Assembly: GCA_047601445.1 (NCBI GenBank)
Contig: JASGJH010000001.1
Coordinates: 8,384,001-8,448,000, forward strand
DNA from: Myxococcales bacterium
GTDB taxonomy: Bacteria; Myxococcota_A; Polyangia; Polyangiales; DASUME01
DNA length: 64,000 bases
Direction of reading: 5' to 3'
The notes beneath the pieces were generated by a model. The model searched no databases, was not told where the DNA came from, and was given only the letters and a program-made list of their open reading frames with translations. The translations under genes were made by a program, and so were the position numbers. This document shows, piece by piece, positions 50,106 through 57,500 of the stretch (within the stretch, counting starts at the first letter, position 1; the number at the start of each line of letters is the position of its first letter).

Positions 50106-51574
50106 CCAGGCCCCAGCACAGCTTCTCGCGCCGCACGCTCCTGCGTGGCGTCGGTGTGTGTCTCGCACTGCCTTATCTCGAAAGCTTGGCCCCGCGCTCA
50201 CTTGCTTCGGCGCAAGCCGCGCCCGCCAAGCGCTTCATCGCCAGCTACTTCCCGAATGGCGCCGCCGCCGACTACTGGCCCGTGAAAGGCAGTGGCGCGG
50301 GCTGGACACTCTCGCCGCTGCTGGCGCCGCTCGCCGCCCACAAACGCAGGCTCGTCGTCTTTTCCAACCTGGAGAACTACAGTCCGATGCAGGACAACCA
50401 GGGCGTGGAGCCGAGCCATGCGCGCCTGTGCGGGGCGTTTCTTACCTGCGTCGACTCCGACGCCGTGCGCGAGAAGCTCAAGGTGGAGATGGCGAATGGC
50501 ATCTCCATGGACCAGGTGATCGCCGCGCAGATGAAGACCACGCTGCCTTCGCTGGAGCTCGGTCTTTCCACCCTCAATAGCTACGAAGACGGTCGCCATC
50601 CGTCGCTCTCCCGCAGCATCGCGTGGGCGAGCACGACTCAGCCGCTCTACAAGGAGGTCAATCCCCAGGCCGTGTTCGATCGTCTGGTGGCCGCCGGGGC
50701 GGTGGACGCGAGCGGGGCGGCGGACCCCCAAGTGGCCGCGCAGGCAGCCAGGCGCAAGGCGCTCAAGCTGTCGGCCCTGGACTTCGTGCTCGAGAGCGCC
50801 CGCGGTCTGAGCGGCAAGCTCGGGCGCGAAGACAAGCCCAAGCTCGAGGAGTTCTTGAGCTCGGTGCGAAGCCTGGAAGAGCGCGTGCGCGGACTCTCGG
50901 ACGCCATCGCGCAGCAGAGCGCGCCCATGTGTGAGGTGATGGATCGCCCGCCGCGAGCCTACGCCGTCAACGTCAGCGAGGGCTACGATCGCGGCACCCA
51001 CGCCGCCGTGATGAACGACCTCATCGTGATGGCACTGCGCTGCGACGTGACCCGCGTGATTACGCACATGCTCGACGACGCCCGCAGCGACTTCGTGTAC
51101 GACCACCTGATCAACCGCAAGTTCAGCGCCGAGGGCTCTACCGAAGGCTCCGGCAAGGTGGGTGGCTTTCACGGACTGCAGCACGCCGGTGACAGCAACG
51201 ACGGCTACGCGACCATCAACTGGTGGTTCAGCCAGCAGATGGCCGAGCTATGCAGCAAGCTGGAGGCAGTGCAGGAGGGGGAGGGGAGCCTGCTCGATCA
51301 CACCCTCATCCTGTACGGCGGCGCCATGCATGGCAGCGATCACGACGGCCGACCCCTGCCCATGGCCCTCATCGGCGGCAACGGCGCGGGCATCCGCACC
51401 GATCAGCACGTGGACTTCAGCGCCAGCGCGGCCGGGCGCCCCCTGCGGGATCTCTATTTCACCATCTTGAACGGCTACTTCGGCCTCGATGTACCGAGCT
51501 TCGGCGAGCATGTGGCGGGGATTCCCAACAAGCTGATCAGCGAAATTCTCGAGCTGACCCTGCCTTTTTTCTGA
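50102..51574 (+). CDS. DUF1552 (HXXSHH) family protein, Tat-exported
   Basis: SRRTLLRG..LALPYLESL Tat leader; YFPNG; SMDQVIA; SLELG; NPQAVFDRL; ALRCDVTRV; FHGLQH; SLLDHT. Confidence 0.92.
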   Translation: MTRPQHSFSRRTLLRGVGVCLALPYLESLAPRSLASAQAAPAKRFIASYFPNGAAADYWPVKGSGAGWTLSPLLAPLAAHKRRLVVFSNLENYSPMQDNQGVEPSHARLCGAFLTCVDSDAVREKLKVEMANGISMDQVIAAQMKTTLPSLELGLSTLNSYEDGRHPSLSRSIAWASTTQPLYKEVNPQAVFDRLVAAGAVDASGAADPQVAAQAARRKALKLSALDFVLESARGLSGKLGREDKPKLEEFLSSVRSLEERVRGLSDAIAQQSAPMCEVMDRPPRAYAVNVSEGYDRGTHAAVMNDLIVMALRCDVTRVITHMLDDARSDFVYDHLINRKFSAEGSTEGSGKVGGFHGLQHAGDSNDGYATINWWFSQQMAELCSKLEAVQEGEGSLLDHTLILYGGAMHGSDHDGRPLPMALIGGNGAGIRTDQHVDFSASAAGRPLRDLYFTILNGYFGLDVPSFGEHVAGIPNKLISEILELTLPFF

Positions 51575-51603
51575 ACCGCTTTTGGCCTTCCTGCCCTCCT
51601 AGG
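51572..51603 (+). promoter_or_regulatory. Putative ECF sigma promoter, copy 3
   Basis: TGAACCG-N17-CTCCTAGG, 5 nt before ATG 51609; geometry identical to copy 2. Confidence 0.65.
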
Positions 51604-51608
51604 AGGGC

Positions 51609-52586
51609 ATGCGCACCCTCTTCCTCGCCTGCTGCCTCTCTCTCGTCGCCTGCACGGATGCCGACTCTCCTGGGGAATCGCTCGATGCCGGGTCTCCCCC
51701 CACCAACGACGGTGGCAAGGAGGAGGACGACGACACGGCTCACGACGCTGCTCCCGAGGACACCTCAGACGATCCGGGCGAACAAGACGCCGGTCGCGAC
51801 GCGGGCAAGCCGGACGGCAAATCCGACGCGGGCGCGGGCCAAGACCTGCCCGGTTGGAAGCTCGTGTGGAACGACGAGTTCGACGGTCCTGCCGGCACCG
51901 TGCCCGACAAGACCCGCTGGGTCCCCGAGAACAAAGGGGACGGCTTCGGCAACAACCAATTGGAGTTCGACACCAATCGCGCCGAAAACGCCGCGCTCGA
52001 CGGCAAGGGGCAGTTGATCATCACCGCCCGCAAGGAAGAGTACATGGGCCGCCACTACACCTCGGCGCGCCTCAAGACCCAGGGCAAGTTCGAGCACAGC
52101 TACGGCCGCTACGAAGCGCGCATGCAGATCCCCTTCGGCCAGGGCATGTGGCCCGCCTTCTGGATGCTCGGCACGAACATCGGAAGTGCGGGTTGGCCCG
52201 ACTGCGGGGAGATCGACATCATGGAGAACATCGGCCGCGAGCCCACGCTGGTGCACGGCACGCTGCACGGCCCTGGCTACTCGGGCGGCAACGGCATCGG
52301 CGCCTCCTCCTCACTGCCCAAGGACGCCCACTTCAGCGACGCCTTCCACGTGTACGCCATCGAGTGGGAGAAGGAGGTCGTGCGCTGGTATGTCGACGGC
52401 GAGCTGTATCAGACCCGCACTCCCAAGGATCTGCCGGGTCAAAGTAAGTGGGTCTACGATCACTCGTTCTTCATCCTGCTGAACTTGGCCGTCGGCGGGC
52501 AGTGGCCGGGCAATCCCGACAACACCACGACGTTCCCGCAACAGCTCAAGGTGGACTACCTGCGGGTCTACGATCGCATGCCCTGA
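51609..52586 (+). CDS. GH16 endo-beta-1,3-glucanase (laminarinase-type) lipoprotein
   Basis: Lipobox LVAC; WKLVWNDEFDG, YTSARL, GMWPAFWMLG, WPDCGEIDIMEN (intact ExDxxE), FHVYAIEW, LNLAVGG.WPG. Confidence 0.95.
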   Translation: MRTLFLACCLSLVACTDADSPGESLDAGSPPTNDGGKEEDDDTAHDAAPEDTSDDPGEQDAGRDAGKPDGKSDAGAGQDLPGWKLVWNDEFDGPAGTVPDKTRWVPENKGDGFGNNQLEFDTNRAENAALDGKGQLIITARKEEYMGRHYTSARLKTQGKFEHSYGRYEARMQIPFGQGMWPAFWMLGTNIGSAGWPDCGEIDIMENIGREPTLVHGTLHGPGYSGGNGIGASSSLPKDAHFSDAFHVYAIEWEKEVVRWYVDGELYQTRTPKDLPGQSKWVYDHSFFILLNLAVGGQWPGNPDNTTTFPQQLKVDYLRVYDRMP

Positions 52587-52591
52587 ACGCT

Positions 52592-52609
52592 CCTACCCGC
52601 TTGGGTAGG
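52592..52609 (+). terminator. Stem-loop after the GH16 gene
   Basis: CCTACCC-GCTT-GGGTAGG starting 6 nt after the stop; no U-tract. Confidence 0.4.
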
Positions 52610-52696
52610 GCTGGCGTTGGGGAGGGTGTTCGGAGTGCGAAAGCATCGGCGCACGCCCCCAACATCGCGTACATCAGGGCCCACCAGGCCCAACGC

Positions 52697-53458
52697 ATGC
52701 GTCGTATCTTCCTCGCGCTCTTCACCGCCATTCTGTTCCTTTCAAGCTTTCCACTCGGCGCAGAGGCCGAGGACACCCAAGACGACGAGGCCCGTGCCCT
52801 GTTTGAAGCAGGCCTGGTCGCCTATGACAGTCAGCGCTTCGAGAGCGCGCTGATGTACTTTCGTCGCTCCCTCGCCTTGAGTGGCCGCGCCAAGCTGCAT
52901 TACAACGTGGGCCTTGCTCTCGAGCGCCTCGGGCGCGCTGAAGAAGCGATCGATAGCTATTCGCTCTACCTGCAGGCCATCCCCGACGCTGCAAATCGCC
53001 TCGAGGTCGAGGGGCGCATTGGATCGCTCGAGAAATGGGTCCCAGAGTCGAAGCCGGGCGCCGTCCCCGAGGCCGTCCAAAGCCCGCCGACTGAAGTGGT
53101 CCAACCGCCGGCTTCCGAGCAAGCGCCGACCGCGGCTACGCAGGGTCCAACGCGCAGACGCCGTACGGGCCTTGCGCTGGTGGCGAGCGGCGGAGCACTC
53201 CTCGCAGCCGGTGGCGTGTTCGTCGGCCTGGCACTGCGCGCGCAACACGAAGTCGAAGCTGCGCCGCAGGGGGGCTACTGGCAGCACGTCGCATCGGACA
53301 ACGACCGTGCCCTCACCTTTTCCGTGGTGGGCTTTTCCCTGCTCGGCACCGGTGTCGTCAGCGCCGTGCTGGGTGGCGGACTCTGGTTTCGCAATCGTCA
53401 CATCACGGTCGACGTCGCCCTCGCACCGCGCGCGTTTTGCCTGCAAGGACGTTTCTGA
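52697..53458 (+). CDS. TPR protein with a hydrophobic hairpin and C-terminal GRF
   Basis: Signal peptide; EARALFEAG..LHYNVGLALERLGR.EEAI..Y..YL; Gly/Ala-rich helix pair; ends CLQGRF. Confidence 0.82.
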   Translation: MRRIFLALFTAILFLSSFPLGAEAEDTQDDEARALFEAGLVAYDSQRFESALMYFRRSLALSGRAKLHYNVGLALERLGRAEEAIDSYSLYLQAIPDAANRLEVEGRIGSLEKWVPESKPGAVPEAVQSPPTEVVQPPASEQAPTAATQGPTRRRRTGLALVASGGALLAAGGVFVGLALRAQHEVEAAPQGGYWQHVASDNDRALTFSVVGFSLLGTGVVSAVLGGGLWFRNRHITVDVALAPRAFCLQGRF

Positions 53459-55167
53459 TGAGCACGCGGTTCGAGCTCGCGCGACCCCACGCGCTGTTTC
53501 TGGGTGTCACCGCACTGGCGCTGAGCGCCTGCACGCCCACCATTCCCGAGGGGCGCTTCGCTTGCGATGACCACCACGCATGTCCGCCCCGCTTCGAGTG
53601 TCGCGAGGACAACCTGTGCTACTCGCGCGACTTCAAGCGCGACGATCACGGCGGCGACGGCATGGATGGCGGCACCGACGCTTCCAACCTGCCGACCGAC
53701 GCGGGCGATCAGCCCCAATCTTCCGGTGACGGCGGTGATGCCATGCCCGACGCGGCCGTGGACCTGGGAACGGCCCCCCTGCGCGTGGTGCACGCCGCGA
53801 TCGCCGACGACGTGAATAACCTGATGCTCCAGGTGGATGAGCTCCCCGCCTTTCCACTCGCCTACGGCGACGTGAGCGCCTTCGTCCCTGGCGAACCACG
53901 CAGGGTGCGCATTCGCGTCAGCGACGCAGGCCAGGTCGTGAGGCTGGATACGCAGTTGGAGTTGACGGCCACCTCCGCCATGGTCCTGCTGAGCGCGCCC
54001 GCGGGGCTGAGCATGCGCGTGATCCCGGTGCCGGCTCCGCCGGTCGATGGCTCCCGTATCGCTGCCGTCAACGCCATGTCGGTTGGCCTGTCCGTGGTGT
54101 TCGATCAGCAAGACGCGATGCCCGACCCGAAGAGTCTGAACGCTCTCGAAGCGGAGCCCACGCTGGATCTCGACGGCGTTAGCAAGCGCTTGCTCGTTGG
54201 CTTCGATCAGGGCGGCTTTATCGCAGGCTTCTCCGGATTGTCGCTGGACTCGGGATCCATCTTGGTGCTGCTCGGTGACTCCCGGCGTCCGCTCATCGAC
54301 CCGCGCGGTCCACGCGCTGTGGTCCTGCACGGCCGAGACGCGCTCTCGCTCTTGTCCGATCCGCTGGTGACCCTGGTCCACTTGTCCACGGCGCCCGTTC
54401 GAGCGATCGAAAACGAGGCCGCGGCCGCCGTCTACCCGATCACGCTGTGCGTCACGGATCGCTTCCAGCGTCTGAACACCGGAGACTTTCAGTTCAGTGA
54501 GATCACGCCACAGATCCCCGTGTCGATCGAAAACGGGGATCGCTTCTACGTGCTGCCAGTGGCCGAGTCGGATTGCAGTGCTCGGCCCGTCGCCGAGTTT
54601 GCCGTGGCGAGTGCCAACCTTCAGAAGGGACGCAGATACCTCGTTCCATTCACCGGCGACAAGGACCGCATGGTCATCCCCGACGGCGGCCTCCCGCAGG
54701 CGGAGGCCGGGCCCGTGCCCAACCTGGTGGCATTCCCCGAAGCAGATCGCGAAGGGATCTCGGAGAACTCACGCCTGGTGACGTTTGGACATGCGGCCAT
54801 GCTGACCACGGAGCCAGACACGCTGCTTCGCTTCACGCCCCCGGCACCGAACGCCGCCGTGATGTTGGATCGCGCCGACACCGCAGGCCAAGAGCAGGCG
54901 GGCAGCGGACAGGATGCGGGCAGCGACGAGCAGCAGTCGATCATGATGGAGTACATTTCTGCGAAGGACCTGCCGTCAGGCGCTCAGCTGGCCAGGCTCC
55001 ATTTCGACGTGACCACCCACGGCAGCCGCTCGGTGTTCATGATCGCAACGGACCCGCTCGTCTGGCACGCGAACACCGTCCCGGAGCTGATGCTGACCGT
55101 GATCGAGACCTTCGACGACCAACCCTGGACGTCCAACGTCGTTCAAGGAACCCTGGAACCGAACTAG
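53458..55167 (+). CDS. Lipoprotein with an N-terminal Cys knot and DUF4397-like beta domains
   Basis: TGATG coupling; lipobox LSAC; FACDDHHACPPRFECREDNLC; repeats LRVVHAA, IAAVNA, VTLVHLS, VTFGHAA. Confidence 0.68.
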   Translation: MSTRFELARPHALFLGVTALALSACTPTIPEGRFACDDHHACPPRFECREDNLCYSRDFKRDDHGGDGMDGGTDASNLPTDAGDQPQSSGDGGDAMPDAAVDLGTAPLRVVHAAIADDVNNLMLQVDELPAFPLAYGDVSAFVPGEPRRVRIRVSDAGQVVRLDTQLELTATSAMVLLSAPAGLSMRVIPVPAPPVDGSRIAAVNAMSVGLSVVFDQQDAMPDPKSLNALEAEPTLDLDGVSKRLLVGFDQGGFIAGFSGLSLDSGSILVLLGDSRRPLIDPRGPRAVVLHGRDALSLLSDPLVTLVHLSTAPVRAIENEAAAAVYPITLCVTDRFQRLNTGDFQFSEITPQIPVSIENGDRFYVLPVAESDCSARPVAEFAVASANLQKGRRYLVPFTGDKDRMVIPDGGLPQAEAGPVPNLVAFPEADREGISENSRLVTFGHAAMLTTEPDTLLRFTPPAPNAAVMLDRADTAGQEQAGSGQDAGSDEQQSIMMEYISAKDLPSGAQLARLHFDVTTHGSRSVFMIATDPLVWHANTVPELMLTVIETFDDQPWTSNVVQGTLEPN

Positions 55168-55298
55168 GGATTGGAACGGGATCCGGCAAGAAAAAACCCA
55201 TTCGACTGGATGTTTGCAGTCAGCCTGCAGGCTTTTGAGCCATCGCTGGTCCATCCACTCTTGTCAGCCCGGGGGTTTTACGCATTGATGGCTGTCCC

Positions 55299-57389
55299 AT
55301 GGCAGCGAAAATTATCCGCGCGGCTCTGCCGTCCACCCTTTGGCTCCTGAGTGCTTGCGCTAACGACCCCGGGCTCCCGGACGTCAGCGAACGAGAGGAT
55401 GCTGCCCTGGTGGGTCGCCTCGAACAGTACGAGGTGGACCACGGAGACGGCTCCTATCGCAACGAGTACGCCCTGAGGCTCGACGACGGGACGCACGTGG
55501 AGCTGCAGTTCGCGGTCGAGCCGGAGCTGCATTCTGGCAGCAGGGTGGTGCTCAACGGTCGCTATGTGTCCAACGACGAGCCGCTCTCCCTGCGCGACAG
55601 TTTGCGCCTGGGACCGACGCGCTTTGCCGTGGATGACGCGAGACTGGAGCGCGCTGCGGTGGGCATGGTCCAGCAAGGACTCGTGGCTCCTCCTGACGTC
55701 ACGGTCACGGGCGCGGTGGTGCTGCTGAACTTCAAGGGCAAGAACGCGCAAAACTATACGGCCGATACCGCTCGCAAAGAGCTCGCCCAAGTTCACGACT
55801 ACTACCTCGAAATGTCCTACGGCTCGTGGACCATGGATACGGACGTTCTGGGTCCCTATCTCGTCGACGCTCCCTCTCAGTGTGATCTCGACACGCTCGG
55901 CACCCTTGCGAAGGCCACCGCGCGCGCCCAGGGCGTCGACATCGACCAATACGATCACGTGGGCGTGAAGATCGCCGGGCTCGACGGCCTCGATTGTCCG
56001 TGCGGCGTTGCGTACGTGGGCAACACGCCGGCGCAGGGTGGCATTTCGAACGGCGGCACCAGCTTGTACACCTGCTCCGGCGCCAACGCCTACGCGCACG
56101 AGATGGGACATGGCATCGGCCTCAGCCACTCGAGCACGGCGCCATGCAATGGGGTCGCCTATCGCCCGGGGCTCTCGGGCTGCAACATCGTCGAGTACGG
56201 CAATCGCTTCAACACCATGGGCGGCGGCCTCGGTCACTTCAACGCGATGCAAAAAGCAACGCTGGGCTGGCTCAACGGCTGCAACATCCAGCGCGTCAGC
56301 AAGGACGGCGAGTTCGATCTGACGGCGATTCAGGTCGGCGTCGACAACCAGGCCCAGGGGTTGCAGATCGACACCGGGGACACGATGAGCGGCGGACCGC
56401 TCTATTTCTACGTCGAGTATCGCAATCCAACGCTGGCCAAGTTCAATGCGCTCAAGGACAACGGGAGCCCGCGCGAGCGCGGACCGGGCCTGCACGTGAC
56501 GGTGTCACGTGACTTCAGGTCCACGCAGGGGGAAGGGCGCACCATTCTCATCGACGCGTCCAACGGCCTCAAGGGATTGCCGTCCGATGGCTCCGATGCC
56601 GACCAGGCCAAGGGCGATCCGCGCATGGTGGTGGGCGACGTGTTCAAGCCCAACGCCAAGGTAACGATCGAATTCGTCTCGCAGACGGACAAGGTCGCGC
56701 ACGTGAAGGTGACCTTTGCGGGTGGCGGAAGCGGAAGCAACCAGTGTCAGTCCAGTGCGGTTCCACCCGGTCCGCCCGATGTTCCCGAGGGCTATGCGGC
56801 CACGCTCTTCCAGGATTGCGACTACGAGGGCGGATGGTCTGTGAGCTTGCCCGAGGGCAAGTACACGACCGCCGAGCTCAAGGCGCTGGGGGTGAAGGAC
56901 AACGATGCTTCCTCCTTGGTGCTCGCGCCGGGCTACGACGCCCTGCTTTACGCAGATGACAACTTCGGCGGAAAGTCGTCCACACGCTCCAGGTCCCTGA
57001 GCTGCTTCACCAAGATCGACATGAACGATGCGCTCAGTTCGATCGAGATTCGCTCCAACGGGATGGCCCCTGGTCCCGACGCCGGCACCGGCCCCGATGC
57101 CAGCGTCGCTCAGGACGCAGGCGGTGGTGGCGGTGGCGACGGCGACATGACGCCTGCTGGCGACGGCGACGCACACGGGGGCGACGCCAGCACGCGAGCT
57201 CCGGACGCGAGCGCGGAAGAGCCCTCCGACGGCAGCGAAGACGACGGAAAGCCAGCCCATCATGGTGGCTGCAGCGTGCACCCGCAACGCTCTGCCGGTA
57301 CCCCATGGGCCTTGCTCGGGCTCGGCGTTCTCCTGGGCCTCGGACGCCTTGCTGCAACTCGAGCGCGCCGGCGGCTGGTCCGGGCGTGA
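55299..57389 (+). CDS. M11/gametolysin-like metalloprotease with a beta/gamma-crystallin domain and MYXO-CTERM-type tail
   Basis: Lipobox LSAC; HEMGHGIGLSH; EYGNRFNTMG; FYVEYR; crystallin motifs LFQDCDYEG..DASSL..LYADDNFGG..NDALSSI; GGCSV-TM-RRR tail. Confidence 0.87.
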   Translation: MAAKIIRAALPSTLWLLSACANDPGLPDVSEREDAALVGRLEQYEVDHGDGSYRNEYALRLDDGTHVELQFAVEPELHSGSRVVLNGRYVSNDEPLSLRDSLRLGPTRFAVDDARLERAAVGMVQQGLVAPPDVTVTGAVVLLNFKGKNAQNYTADTARKELAQVHDYYLEMSYGSWTMDTDVLGPYLVDAPSQCDLDTLGTLAKATARAQGVDIDQYDHVGVKIAGLDGLDCPCGVAYVGNTPAQGGISNGGTSLYTCSGANAYAHEMGHGIGLSHSSTAPCNGVAYRPGLSGCNIVEYGNRFNTMGGGLGHFNAMQKATLGWLNGCNIQRVSKDGEFDLTAIQVGVDNQAQGLQIDTGDTMSGGPLYFYVEYRNPTLAKFNALKDNGSPRERGPGLHVTVSRDFRSTQGEGRTILIDASNGLKGLPSDGSDADQAKGDPRMVVGDVFKPNAKVTIEFVSQTDKVAHVKVTFAGGGSGSNQCQSSAVPPGPPDVPEGYAATLFQDCDYEGGWSVSLPEGKYTTAELKALGVKDNDASSLVLAPGYDALLYADDNFGGKSSTRSRSLSCFTKIDMNDALSSIEIRSNGMAPGPDAGTGPDASVAQDAGGGGGGDGDMTPAGDGDAHGGDASTRAPDASAEEPSDGSEDDGKPAHHGGCSVHPQRSAGTPWALLGLGVLLGLGRLAATRARRRLVRA

Positions 57390-57500
57390 CCGACAGAACA
57401 GCCGATTTTTGATAGCGGGGCGAGGCCATTTACCTCTACAACCCGGGCGCGCCGGGCGTCGTCCGGTAGGTTGCCCATCGTCTCGGAGTGCCCTTCGCCC

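Noticed and set aside
51541..51574. Possible fourth +1 insertion at the DUF1552 end (EILS-stop instead of EILELTLPFF)
   Set aside because: Removing one base would stop the gene at 51557 and free the promoter T-tract, but no conserved motif is available to test this.
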